Positions 36,065-45,526 of a stretch of 64,000 nucleotides of DNA are shown in pieces. Each line of letters starts with the position of its first letter. Within the stretch, counting starts at the first letter, position 1. A program made the position numbers and the translations under genes. The notes beneath the pieces were generated by a model that made no database searches, was not told the DNA's origin, and saw only the letters and a list, made by a program, of their open reading frames with translations. The stretch is from Betaproteobacteria bacterium. GTDB taxonomy: Bacteria > Bacillota > SHA-98 > UBA4971. The stretch covers positions 76 to 64,075 of the forward strand of contig JBLNCC010000063.1 in NCBI GenBank assembly GCA_050260395.1, in the 5' to 3' direction.

Positions 36065-37086
36065 GAAACCCGACCCTCCCTTAGCAGCCTGACACGGTAC
36101 AGCCTCTCGAACGCAAGGAATAGCACTGTCAAACCTTCAACCACAAGGGCCAAGGCCTTCGGCGTGCCGAAACGCACAGTCATCTCGAGCACGCCCGTGC
36201 GCAGGGCCCCGAACAGGAAACCTGCGAGGATCGTTCCCAAAGGATGCGCCATGCCTACCAATGCCACCGCGATGCTGTCAAAGCCAAGGCCCGGTGAGAA
36301 CTGGTCAAAGAACCTGTGGTCCACCCCCAGCACCTGGATCGCCCCGGCCACCCCGGCCACGGCTCCACTCAGGAACATCGCCAGATACACCACGCGGGAC
36401 ACCGGGATCCCGGAATATGCAGCCGCCGTCCTGTTCTCGCCGACAGACCTGAGGTGAAACCCGAACACCGTCCGATATATGAGGAACCACAGGAGCACGG
36501 CGAGCACAACCGCAATCACCACACCGAGGTGAAGCCTTGTGCCTCTCACGAGCACAGGAAGGACAGCCGTGCCCGCGATCGGCCGCGTGGCCGGAACCAC
36601 TCCCGGCGCGCGTAGAGGATTGACGACCATATAATGAACGGCCAGGGAGGCGACGTAGTATACCATGAGGGTGGTGATGACCTCATTGACGCCCCTGGAC
36701 ACTTTCAGCCACGCCGGTATCAACGTGAGCATGCCTCCGACGAGAGCGCCGGCTCCTATAGCCGCGAGCGCGTGGAGCCCCAGGGGCAGATGCCAGGCCG
36801 CGGCGACGTACGCGGTGGCCAATCCACCCGCGTATATCTGTCCCTCGACCCCGATGTTGAAGAGGCCAGCCTTGAACGCCACCGACACTCCGAGCGCCGC
36901 GACGAGAAGCGGCGTGGCTTTTACGAGCATCTCCGAGAAATTGGAGAGGCTGCCGAACGACCCGGCCACGAAAGCCCTTCCGAAGGCGCCCGGGGGCTCG
37001 CCCATCGCCCACAGTATGAGAGTGGTCACGATGATGGACGCCCCCACCGCAACCACCGGGGTTACGACCTTGCTCGAGAATCTCAT
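36061..37086 (-). CDS. ABC transporter permease (BMP/nucleoside-type, YufP/NupP-like)
   Basis: 341-aa polytopic protein with 4-nt overlaps on both sides. Confidence 0.88.
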   Translation of the reverse strand: MRFSSKVVTPVVAVGASIIVTTLILWAMGEPPGAFGRAFVAGSFGSLSNFSEMLVKATPLLVAALGVSVAFKAGLFNIGVEGQIYAGGLATAYVAAAWHLPLGLHALAAIGAGALVGGMLTLIPAWLKVSRGVNEVITTLMVYYVASLAVHYMVVNPLRAPGVVPATRPIAGTAVLPVLVRGTRLHLGVVIAVVLAVLLWFLIYRTVFGFHLRSVGENRTAAAYSGIPVSRVVYLAMFLSGAVAGVAGAIQVLGVDHRFFDQFSPGLGFDSIAVALVGMAHPLGTILAGFLFGALRTGVLEMTVRFGTPKALALVVEGLTVLFLAFERLYRVRLLREGRVS

Positions 37087-38678
37087 GCTACTCCCTCCCG
37101 GTCACCCAATCCGGTCATGAGCAGCCCGAGGCGTTCCCTCGTTACCGTCCCGTCGTTGGACATCGTGGCCACGACCTTGCCGTCGTACATGACCGCAATT
37201 CTGTCGCTCAGGCCGAGTATCTCGTCCAAATCGAACGAGATCAACAGGACGCCGGCCCCGGCATCGCGTTTTTCAACGATCTTCGAATGCACGAAGGCGG
37301 TGGCTCCCACGTCCAGACCTCGCGTGGGTTGCGTCGCCACGAGAAGCCGCAAGGCCGAGGACATCTCCCGCGCGAGGATCATCTTCTGCTGGTTGCCCCC
37401 GGAAAAAGACGAGGCAGGGGCATACACGTTGGAGGGTGTGAGGTTGTACATTTCGGCGAGCTCTCTCGCCTTCGAAAGAGCGGCAGATACGTTCAGAACG
37501 CCGCTCCTTTGGATGCGCCTATCGGTCTCATACCCAAGCATGAAGTTCTCCCATGCCGGGAAACCGAGGAGTAACCCTTTCTCGTGCCTGTCGTCCGGTA
37601 TCAGGGCGACCCCCAAATCCCTAATGCTTCTCGGGGACATCCGTGTGACATCCCGCCCGAGCACGCTCACCTCTCCGGCACACGGCCGTAAGAGGCCGAG
37701 GATCACGTCAACCAGCTCTGACTGGCCGTTTCCTTCAACGCCGGCCACGCCGAGGATCTCACCGGACCGCACCTCAAGCGTCGCCCCTTTCAACGCCTCT
37801 ACCTCGGAGCCGGCAGTCCGGGCTTTCAGACCCGCAATCCTCAAGATTACCTCCCCGGCCTCCCACCCGCCACGCCTGGACGCGGACGCGGAGGAGGTGG
37901 GTGCTCCCGCGCCGCCCGGGCCGGGCGCGGAATCCGATAGCTTGGATCCGGTGATCATCTCCCCGAGGGTCTCCACGTCCACCTGCCCGCGGTCCACGGT
38001 GCCCACAACCCTGCCTTTGGCGAGCACGGTTATGCGGTCGGCGATCTCGATGACCTCGGGCAGCTTGTGCGACACGAACACCACAGACTTGCCCGCGCGG
38101 CAGAGCAACCTGATGACATTGAAGAGGCTATTCACCTCGGTTGGCGACAGGACTGCGGTGGGCTCGTCCAGGATGATGACGTCGGCTTCCCTGTACATCA
38201 CCTTGATGATCTCAACCCTTTGCTTCTCGCCGATGGGGAGGTCCCTGACCATCGCGTCCGGGTCCACGGCAAGCCCGTACCGGTGAGACAAGTCCTTCAC
38301 CCACGTGCGAATGGCCGCGCGGTCGATGCCCAGACCGCGCCGCGGCTCAGCCCCGAGCGCTATGTTTTCGGCAACAGTGAGCCTCGGTATCAGCATGAGA
38401 TGCTGGTGAACCATGCCGATCCCCAGTCGATACGCGTCCACGGGCCCGCGCATCGAGACTTCCAGCCCCTTCACGCGTAAAACGCCCGAGTCGGGGGCGA
38501 GAAGCCCGGCCAGGACCTTCATGAGCGTGGTCTTGCCGGCGCCGTTCTCGCCCACCACAGCGTGGACCTCCCCGAGGAGGAGGTCGAACGACACCCGGTC
38601 GTTGGCCACCACGCCCCCGGGGTATTTCTTGGTTATGTTAACCGCCTCCAGGACTGGTTCCATGTTCGTGCACCGCAT
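37083..38678 (-). CDS. ABC transporter ATP-binding protein, duplicated cassette (YufO/RbsA-like)
   Basis: First Walker A GENGAGKTT and second cassette GVEGNGQSEL. Gly/Ala/Ser-rich insertion between the cassettes. The start could be ATG 38663 instead of 38678. Confidence 0.9.
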   Translation of the reverse strand: MRCTNMEPVLEAVNITKKYPGGVVANDRVSFDLLLGEVHAVVGENGAGKTTLMKVLAGLLAPDSGVLRVKGLEVSMRGPVDAYRLGIGMVHQHLMLIPRLTVAENIALGAEPRRGLGIDRAAIRTWVKDLSHRYGLAVDPDAMVRDLPIGEKQRVEIIKVMYREADVIILDEPTAVLSPTEVNSLFNVIRLLCRAGKSVVFVSHKLPEVIEIADRITVLAKGRVVGTVDRGQVDVETLGEMITGSKLSDSAPGPGGAGAPTSSASASRRGGWEAGEVILRIAGLKARTAGSEVEALKGATLEVRSGEILGVAGVEGNGQSELVDVILGLLRPCAGEVSVLGRDVTRMSPRSIRDLGVALIPDDRHEKGLLLGFPAWENFMLGYETDRRIQRSGVLNVSAALSKARELAEMYNLTPSNVYAPASSFSGGNQQKMILAREMSSALRLLVATQPTRGLDVGATAFVHSKIVEKRDAGAGVLLISFDLDEILGLSDRIAVMYDGKVVATMSNDGTVTRERLGLLMTGLGDREGVA

Positions 38679-38688
38679 CAGGCGCCAG

Positions 38689-39726
38689 TCACAAGGCCGG
38701 CGCTTTGAACTTGGCGAGTTCGTCCAGGCTGGTCGGCACCTCGAACTTCCCGTCGCGCAGCGCGTTGGCGTACTTTTCGAGTTCAGCCATGACTTTTGCT
38801 GGCACCTTCGACTTGGTGTACTTCATCTCGCTCAGGCCTATCCCGCCTTCCTTTATTCCCAGCGAAACGACCCCTGAAGTGAACCTGCCGTGTACAGTAT
38901 CGTCAATGGCAGCGAAGCACGCGGTGTCCACCCTCTTGATCATGCTAGTAAGGACCTTCCCTGGCGCCAGGCCGTCCTGATCCATGTCCACGCCCACGGC
39001 GTAGAACCCGTCCGGCCGCGGCTTGACAGCGTCTATCACTCCAAGGCCGCTCTCGCCGGCGGCATGGTACACTATGTCCGCGCCGCTGTTATACATCATG
39101 TCGGCAATCTGCTTCCCTTTCGCCGGGTCCGTGAACGAGCCCACGTAGGCGGAACTCACCTTTACCTTGGGGTTCGCCGTCATCACGCCCGCCCGGAACC
39201 CCGCTTCGAACTTCCTAATGAGTGGGGAGTCCATTCCTCCCACAAAACCTACTCTCCCGGTCTTCGTCATCTTGCCCGCGAGGAAGCCCACCAAGAAGGA
39301 GCCTTCCTCCTCGCGAAACACGTAACACCGGAGGTTGCCTGGTATCGTGTCAGGAACCGAGTCTATGAGCGCGAACTTGGTGCCCGGGAACTCGGACGCG
39401 GCCTTGACGATCGCGTCGGTCAACAGGAAGCCTACTCCCACGACTACGTTGCGCCCTTCGCTGGCGAGCTTCTTGAGATTGACCTCGTAGTCCGCTTGCT
39501 CTCTCGACTCGACCAGGGTGATGTCGACCCCGAGCGAAGACTTAGCCTTTTTGAAACCTTCCCAAGCGATGTCATTGAATCCGTGTCCAGAAAGCCCAGT
39601 CAGGTCGGTAACCATACCCGCTTTCGCAGGCGCCGCCGCTCCGGCTCCGGCCGCCTGGAAGCCGGCGAGCGTTGCAAGAAGCAAGAACGCGAGTATGAAC
39701 ACGCCAACTTTTCTGTTTGTTCTCAT
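38689..39726 (-). CDS. BMP-family (PnrA/Med-like) ABC substrate-binding lipoprotein
   Basis: Signal peptide MRTNRKVGVFILAFLLLATLAGF plus a Bmp-like body (GFNDIAWEG..., VVGVGFLL...). Confidence 0.9.
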   Translation of the reverse strand: MRTNRKVGVFILAFLLLATLAGFQAAGAGAAAPAKAGMVTDLTGLSGHGFNDIAWEGFKKAKSSLGVDITLVESREQADYEVNLKKLASEGRNVVVGVGFLLTDAIVKAASEFPGTKFALIDSVPDTIPGNLRCYVFREEEGSFLVGFLAGKMTKTGRVGFVGGMDSPLIRKFEAGFRAGVMTANPKVKVSSAYVGSFTDPAKGKQIADMMYNSGADIVYHAAGESGLGVIDAVKPRPDGFYAVGVDMDQDGLAPGKVLTSMIKRVDTACFAAIDDTVHGRFTSGVVSLGIKEGGIGLSEMKYTKSKVPAKVMAELEKYANALRDGKFEVPTSLDELAKFKAPAL

Positions 39727-39729
39727 CTT

Positions 39730-40329
39730 TCATCCCCCCGGAGATTTGTAGGTCAGGAAGAAGCGCAACAAAGGCCCCGTCAGAGCTGCCGCCACAAGCG
39801 TTCCGATACCTACCTCCCCTTTTAGAAGGAATCCTACAGAGACGGATATGAAGTCAGTGGCTACCCGTGCTGACCCAATATCGGTCCTCAAGAGCTTGCC
39901 GACGGTGAAAGCCCATCCGTCCAGCGGCCCCCGTCCTAGGTCGGCCCGGGCGTATGCCGCGATACCGCCGGCCATGAGGACTATGCCGCTCAGAAGCAGC
40001 GCGAACCTCAACGCCAGAGAGTCGGTCCGGACGGCCACAAGCGGCATGAAAAAGTCGATGGACCATCCCACCAGAGCTACGTTCAAGAGAGTGCCGAGGC
40101 CCGGGCTCTCGCCGCCTAGAACGTAGTTTACCACCACGAGAACGGCGGTCGTCAGCTGGGAAATGCGCCCAAGACTGAGCCCTGTGACGTTCTGGCATCC
40201 CTGCATGAACACGGTCCATGGGTCCACGCCGAGTCTGGCGTTGACTATCATCGCGACCCCAAGCCCGATGACCGGTTGGGACGCAAGCACCACCGCTACG
40301 GCTCGCTTCACGCCTCGCGCCCCCACCAC
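39730..40329 (-). CDS. YczE/YitT-like integral membrane protein
   Basis: 199 aa with about 5-6 TM segments and motif ...GLGVAMIVNARLGVDPWTVF.... Function unknown; start uncertain (22-nt overlap with the upstream gene). Confidence 0.65.
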   Translation of the reverse strand: MVGARGVKRAVAVVLASQPVIGLGVAMIVNARLGVDPWTVFMQGCQNVTGLSLGRISQLTTAVLVVVNYVLGGESPGLGTLLNVALVGWSIDFFMPLVAVRTDSLALRFALLLSGIVLMAGGIAAYARADLGRGPLDGWAFTVGKLLRTDIGSARVATDFISVSVGFLLKGEVGIGTLVAAALTGPLLRFFLTYKSPGG

Positions 40330-41705
40330 ACCTGAGAGCGCGGCACTCGCTCGCGCCCGAGAACTTCTCGCGCGCGCCGCGCCACGTCCTCAACATCCAG
40401 CGCGACGTGATTGCCGCCCGAAACGACGATCTTCCCGTCAACCATTACGACCTCGACATCGCGCGTGGACGCCGCGAACACTATGTTTGAGAGCAAGGCG
40501 TAATGATCGGCCGCGGCAAGGCGCGGAGAATCCACATTGAACCCAACCATGTCCGCAAGGCAACCCTCGGATAGCTCCCCAAGGCCCGCCCATCCGGCGG
40601 CCACGGCGCCGTTGCGCGTGAGCATACTCATGACATCCCTGGGGCTGAGCACGGACGCCTCACCCGTCGCGAGCCTCTGGAGCATTGCCGAGAATCTGCC
40701 CTCGACCAGCATGTCGTAGGCGCCGCTGCTCGCGGCGCCGTCCCCGCCGAGCGCCACCGGGACGCCCGCCCGCTGCATCTTCACCACTGGCGTGATTCCA
40801 TCGAGAAGCCTTACGTTGCTGGACGGACACTGGACCACGCTGGACCCGCCCTGCGCGATGAGGCCGATATCGCGCTCGTCAACCCATATTACGTGGACAA
40901 GCTGGGTGCGCGAGGTCAGCACTCCACATTCGTCGAGAACCGCAATTTCGCTCTTGCCAAACCTCGCGAGGCTTGCCTCGGTCTCGGCACGGCCCTCGCA
41001 GGCGTGGGTGTGAAGGCCCACGCCGTGGGCCAGCGACAATTCAACGGCGTTGCGGAGCAATTGTTTCGTGCAGGCTGGCAGGCCGACCGGAGCTATTCTC
41101 GCCAGCAGTCTGCCGCTGGCCTTGCCGTTCCACGTCGTGACGAACTCCTCCGCCAGTTTGAGAGCGGCATCCGTCGCCCTGACCGGTGTGTTCTCACCTT
41201 CCATGTGGTCCGCGATGGCCGGTGCCACCGAAGCTCTCAAGCCGCTGTCAACGAGCGCCTGCACCACTGCGTCAGGGTGTGCGCACTCGGTGATCATTTC
41301 AGAGACGCATGTCGTGCCTGAGGCCAGTGCTTCCATGGCACCTAACAGGGTGCTATAGTAGTAACCATCCCAGGACAGCCTATAGTTCCATATGAGCCTG
41401 AGCCATGGAGTTAGAGGGAGGCCGTCCATGAGTCCGCGACCGAACGTCTGCAATAGGTGGGTGTGTGCGTCAACGAACCCGGGTACCAGCGCAAGGTTCG
41501 ACGCTTCGATAACGACGTATCCAGGTCCACCGGCAGGAAGCTCGAGACGCTCAGGACGATACACGATCCTATGGACCCGGTTCCCCTCAACCAGCAAGTC
41601 TCCACGGGCGAACGGATCGCCAGATTCTCTATAAATCAGCGCGTTTTTAAACAGGACTCCGGCTCGCTCCGATGCCACGGTCTCGTGACCCCCTACCCTA
41701 CCCAA
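40308..41705 (-). CDS. amidohydrolase-superfamily deaminase (MtaD / guanine-deaminase-like)
   Basis: PGFVDAHTHL metal-binding motif and chlorohydrolase-type length. The start is uncertain: TTG 41705 from the track, or GTG 41678. Confidence 0.85.
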   Translation of the reverse strand: MGRVGGHETVASERAGVLFKNALIYRESGDPFARGDLLVEGNRVHRIVYRPERLELPAGGPGYVVIEASNLALVPGFVDAHTHLLQTFGRGLMDGLPLTPWLRLIWNYRLSWDGYYYSTLLGAMEALASGTTCVSEMITECAHPDAVVQALVDSGLRASVAPAIADHMEGENTPVRATDAALKLAEEFVTTWNGKASGRLLARIAPVGLPACTKQLLRNAVELSLAHGVGLHTHACEGRAETEASLARFGKSEIAVLDECGVLTSRTQLVHVIWVDERDIGLIAQGGSSVVQCPSSNVRLLDGITPVVKMQRAGVPVALGGDGAASSGAYDMLVEGRFSAMLQRLATGEASVLSPRDVMSMLTRNGAVAAGWAGLGELSEGCLADMVGFNVDSPRLAAADHYALLSNIVFAASTRDVEVVMVDGKIVVSGGNHVALDVEDVARRAREVLGRERVPRSQVWWGREA

Positions 41706-42429
41706 GTTTCACAGCGGCACGCAACGCGACCCGGATCATGGCGTCTATGCCCTTCTCGATTTCGTCGGGGCTCTTTATCTCGTGGCCGGTCACAAGGTTG
41801 CCTGCGGGCACCAGTAGCGCTGCTCCAGCACATCCACGAAGGCTGGATACGACGAATACAGCTGCGGCTTCGTTTTCGACTGCGAGTACCTTTGAGTCAC
41901 TCCAAACCTTGATGCGTTGTCTGTAGTCTCCGTGCGCGAATGGTGATTCGATGTAGAAAGCGTCGTGTGTTCGGACGATACCCAGTCTGTAGTCGATGTC
42001 AAGCTCCTCAGCAGCGTCTACCAGTGCCCGCAAGAGTGTGAAATCAGCGACGGCGGGATACGAGAGCGGGACATACTCGGGGGTCGTGCCATCTCCGCGG
42101 ACCGCGCCCGTGGCGATGATGAGCTGGCCAGGAACGATATCTTCCTGAAGCGCACCGCATGTGCCGACGCGGATGAGATTCCTCGCGCCTATGTTTATGG
42201 CTTCCTCCACGGTGATAGAGGCTGATGGGGCCCCGACTCCGGTCGATATCGTGGAAACCGTGACCCCGTCCACTTTCCCGGTGAAGGTATAGAACTCCCT
42301 ATTTGCCGCCACAGGGCGCGCATCCGCGAAGTAGCTCGCTATCAGTTTCGCGCGCCCCGGATCGCCCGGCAGAAGGACTGTCTTCCCGATATCTCCTGGC
42401 CTGCATTTGATGTGATGCTGTACTTCCAT
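41698..42429 (-). CDS. PNP/UDP family 1 nucleoside phosphorylase (DeoD/Udp-like)
   Basis: LLPGDPGRAKLIA, STGVGAPSA and RVGTCGAL motifs; 243 aa. Confidence 0.9.
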   Translation of the reverse strand: MEVQHHIKCRPGDIGKTVLLPGDPGRAKLIASYFADARPVAANREFYTFTGKVDGVTVSTISTGVGAPSASITVEEAINIGARNLIRVGTCGALQEDIVPGQLIIATGAVRGDGTTPEYVPLSYPAVADFTLLRALVDAAEELDIDYRLGIVRTHDAFYIESPFAHGDYRQRIKVWSDSKVLAVENEAAAVFVVSSLRGCAGAALLVPAGNLVTGHEIKSPDEIEKGIDAMIRVALRAAVKLG

Positions 42430-42480
42430 GTGTGTTCCCTCGCTTTGGTGAACTTTGGTAGATCGACGTGTGCGTGGTAT

Positions 42481-43230
42481 TCAGCGGCTGTTTTGCCAGG
42501 TCGTCGAAAACCGGAGCTTCGGGGCCCGGGGCAGGAGGAAGTGTCGGGAGTAGACTAAAGCCCTGCCGGATGCATCGTACGCCACGCGTTCGAGTAATAG
42601 AGCCGGCGTGTCGGCCGGGACGCGCGCATTTCTCGCGTCGGTCTCCCCGAGGCGGACCGCGCTTGCTTCGACCTCCGAGCGGACCACCTTCACTCCGACG
42701 GACTCCAGCAAACGGATGGCCGAATCCGGCGCGTTCCGCCGCACCCGTTCAAGCGCGAATGGCACAGCCTTCAGAGGCAAGAAGTCGACCATGTACGCTG
42801 CCGGAGCCGCTGCCACTTCGGCCCTTATCTGCAGGACAAGGACCCTTTCGCCCTCGGATAACCGCAACCGGGCTCTGGCAACCGAACCTGCCTCTTGGTC
42901 ATACGCCGCGATCACGCTGCAGAGCACGCGGTCTCCCTGGGCTCCAAGGAAGTCCACCGTATCCACGAACCGGGAGACATCGGTGCCCGGAGGAGTCTGG
43001 GCTGGGCCGAGGACGGTGCGCCCGACACCGCGCTGGTTTACGATGAGTCCGTCCTGTTCCATCAGAAGGAGGGTCTCACGAAGCACGTTCCTGCTGACCT
43101 TGAGAAAGCTCGCGAGCTCGGGCTCGGAAGGCAACTTGCTCCCGGCGGGAAGGCTGCCATCATCTATCATTTGAAGCAGGCGTTCATAAAGCTGCACCCT
43201 GAGTGGTTTGAATCCCTTTTTCACCCGCAC
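42481..43230 (-). CDS. GntR-family regulator, HutC subfamily (UTRA domain)
   Basis: wHTH LPSEPELASFLKVSRNVLRETLLLMEQDGLI plus a UTRA-like C-domain. I prefer GTG 43230/43224 (GGAGGAAGG RBS) over the track start 43332. Confidence 0.85.
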   Translation of the reverse strand: MRVKKGFKPLRVQLYERLLQMIDDGSLPAGSKLPSEPELASFLKVSRNVLRETLLLMEQDGLIVNQRGVGRTVLGPAQTPPGTDVSRFVDTVDFLGAQGDRVLCSVIAAYDQEAGSVARARLRLSEGERVLVLQIRAEVAAAPAAYMVDFLPLKAVPFALERVRRNAPDSAIRLLESVGVKVVRSEVEASAVRLGETDARNARVPADTPALLLERVAYDASGRALVYSRHFLLPRAPKLRFSTTWQNSR

Positions 43231-43401
43231 GAGACCTTCCTCCCCTTCAGGCCGTGATTCCGGCGACGTCGCCGACCGATCGGCGCGGGTCAGGGAGAGA
43301 ACGGGAACCAGATCGAACGCAAGGGCAGTCAAACACCCGTTCCAAAGGTCGAGTCCAAAACATTCACCTATTGAGGTCGCTTTGAGTGGTTGTAGTATAA
43401 C

Positions 43402-43416
43402 GGATGTTGGACATCC
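43402..43416. promoter_or_regulatory. palindrome GGATGT-N3-ACATCC, candidate operator
   Basis: Perfect 6-bp arms in the divergent GntR / ECF intergenic region. Confidence 0.3.
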
Positions 43417-43718
43417 TGCTTAAATGATATCACCTTTCGCCGATGAACGCAATATGCGGTTTGCACTAACCTGGTTTCCGACGCAGACATGCTCGCACGC
43501 CCAGTTGTTCAGAAGCACCGGAAGGCGCGGGTTTCAAAGATGTGTCTCCCAGTGCCCTGTGCTGACGCATGCTCCCGCCCGCCGGCACGGCGTCGACCGG
43601 CCAGCTAAACGCGGGGGCCGGCGAAGTCGGAAGGGATTTTGAGGGACCGCATAGAAGAGAGTAGGCGCTGGCACGCGGGGCACCCCTGTGGTTGCGTTCG
43701 GGCTATACAGCACCATAC

Positions 43719-43740
43719 GGCATTCGGACGGCATTCGGAC
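43719..43740. repeat. exact 11-bp tandem duplication (GGCATTCGGAC x2)
   Basis: Read directly; inside the long leader of the ECF S-component gene. Confidence 0.95.
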
Positions 43741-43891
43741 TGTACGTGCCTTCTCTTCGAGCCGTATGAACCCCGCCGCCAGTGGGTGTCCGGAGCGCCG
43801 CGTATAAGATGGTTTCGCGAAAGAGGTGGTGCCGGTCGAATAACATGATGCCGTAGGCGCGAGATGAAGACTTGAAGAAGGAGGCGATCGT

Positions 43892-44476
43892 ATGGCGCAA
43901 ACCGCGCAGCCGAGGGTGGTAAAGTCTGGGATCGGGACGATGGCGTGGTTGCTCGTCCCCGTTGCAGTGGGCATCAACCTTGTCGGGAATTTCATCGCCG
44001 TTAGCTTGAAATTGCCCGTGTTCCTCGATTCGATCGGCACGGTGACCGCCGCTACCTTGGCAGGGCCATGGATAGGAGCGCTCGTGGGGCTCCTCACCAA
44101 TCTCATAGCGGGCCTTCTCATCACGCCGACTTGGCTGTGGTACGCCGTGGTAAACGTGGTATTCGGTATAGTCGCGGGCTTCCTTGCAAGAAAGGGCTGG
44201 TATTCCACCATCCCCAAGACGATCGTCTGCGGGCTCATCCTCGCCGTGATCGGCATGATCGTGTCCGCGCCCATAACCGCGTATGTTTACGGCGGAGTGA
44301 CCGGAGCGGGTGAGGACTTCATCAGGGCGTACTTGTACGCCACGGGCAAGACGCTCATCGAGGGGGCCATCACTGCGAGCGCCATTACTGAGCCGATCGA
44401 CAAAATCCTGAGCGCCATCATAGCGTTCTTAATTGTGAAAGGTGTACCCCAAAGGTACCGTTCGCAGTTCAAGTGA
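43892..44476 (+). CDS. ECF transporter substrate-specific (S) component
   Basis: 194 aa with about 6 TM segments and motif FLDSIGTVTAATLAGPWIGALVGLLTNLI typical of the ECF_trnsprt family. AAGGAGG lies 7 nt before the ATG. Confidence 0.85.
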   Translation: MAQTAQPRVVKSGIGTMAWLLVPVAVGINLVGNFIAVSLKLPVFLDSIGTVTAATLAGPWIGALVGLLTNLIAGLLITPTWLWYAVVNVVFGIVAGFLARKGWYSTIPKTIVCGLILAVIGMIVSAPITAYVYGGVTGAGEDFIRAYLYATGKTLIEGAITASAITEPIDKILSAIIAFLIVKGVPQRYRSQFK

Positions 44477-44538
44477 GTTCGCGGCTCAAGCGAAGCAGGC
44501 AACCGGCAACATGTTTCGAGCGGGTTTACTAGCACGGT

Positions 44539-44599
44539 GGGCGTGAGCGTCACACTGACCGAGGCGGACCAGGCTGACCAGGACGGTGGCGCTCACGCC
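44539..44599. repeat. inverted repeat GGCGTGAGCG ... CGCTCACGCC (10-bp arms, 41-nt loop)
   Basis: Read directly; in the 258-nt spacer between the ECF S and T genes. The loop carries GACCAGG twice. Confidence 0.6.
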
Positions 44600-44734
44600 C
44601 CGGGTCGTGAGAGGAGGCAGGGCCCGGGTGCTCGCTGAAGTTCCGCGATAGCAGGGACGGACCTGGGAAGGCTTCTCGTTCGAACCGCGTCGCGAGAGAA
44701 CTTCCAGGAATGACATCACGGGCATCACGTAGCA

Positions 44735-45526
44735 ATGAGCAGGGTCACCCCGTACATCCACCGGGACTCCCCGGTCCACGCGCTCAATCCTCTTACGAAA
44801 GGCGTTTTCTTTTGCTGCATTGTCACTATCGCGTTTGCGGCACCGTCGGTCGGTGTCGTGCTCTCATTGCTCGGGGCGGTCGCGATCGCGGCGGTCGTTG
44901 CCAAGGTGGCAAGAAACCTTGCCGCCCTCGTGCTAAAGTCGGCTTTCCTCATTGTGTTCCTCATATTCGTCGTCCAGGGGCTCTTCTACCCCGGCTCTAA
45001 GGCCGCGCTCTGGACGATCGGGCCTGTCACGGTCTGGCGCGAGGGACTACGCTTCGCGACGTTCACGTCCGCGCGACTCATCACGATAATCGCCGCGACG
45101 GTCCTCTTCATACTGACCACGAGAGCGGAGGACCTCGTGTCGGAGATGATGGCGCACGGGCTGTCGCGCAAGCTGGGGTACGTGGTCTTGATGACGATGC
45201 AGATCGTGCCGCAGATGCAGGCTCGAGCTGCGGCCATCCTCGACGCCCAACGGTCGCGGGGCCTCGAAACAGAAGGAAGCCTCATAAAGCGGTTCCGAGC
45301 GTACGTCCCCATCGTGGGCCCCCTCGTGGTCGGATCCATAATCTCGCTCGAGACCCGCTCGCTTGCCATCGAGGCCAGAGGTTTCAGCTCGCCCACGCGA
45401 CGGGTGCGCGTGGAAGAGATCCGTGACTCCCGCGGAGAAAGGGTATCCAGATGGGCAATAGCTGTGCTGACCGCTTCATTCGTTGTATGGAGGTTTGCGT
45501 CTTGGATATCGTCATTGATTCACTGA
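44735..45526 (+). CDS. ecfT: ECF transporter transmembrane (T) component
   Basis: 263 aa with a CbiQ/EcfT-like pattern and the C-terminal Ala-Arg-Gly region (SLAIEARGF). Confidence 0.88.
   Translation: MSRVTPYIHRDSPVHALNPLTKGVFFCCIVTIAFAAPSVGVVLSLLGAVAIAAVVAKVARNLAALVLKSAFLIVFLIFVVQGLFYPGSKAALWTIGPVTVWREGLRFATFTSARLITIIAATVLFILTTRAEDLVSEMMAHGLSRKLGYVVLMTMQIVPQMQARAAAILDAQRSRGLETEGSLIKRFRAYVPIVGPLVVGSIISLETRSLAIEARGFSSPTRRVRVEEIRDSRGERVSRWAIAVLTASFVVWRFASWISSLIH

Noticed and set aside
36634-38286. 550-aa plus-strand ORF
   Set aside because: It is antisense to the ABC permease and ATPase genes of the BMP-type transporter. It is low-complexity and Ser/Pro/Arg-rich, with no RBS or family signature.
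43669-43685. Additional sigma-54 promoter candidates (TGGCAC at 43669-43674 and at 56174-56179)
   Set aside because: Both have the -24 TGGCAC but lack a TTGC -12 element at the required 5-nt spacing (GCAC and CTCG instead). The second lies inside foldback copy 3.
43654-43860. Assignment of the ECF leader to a known riboswitch class (TPP, purine/2'-dG, THF, preQ1)
   Set aside because: The TPP hallmarks (GGGGUGC, CUGAGA, ACCC) are absent. The UAUAAG junction is not followed by purine-type P2/P3 helices that I could pair. AGUAG and GCGUU resemble THF elements, but the order and helices do not fit. There is no A-rich preQ1 tail. The region is kept only as an unclassified candidate.
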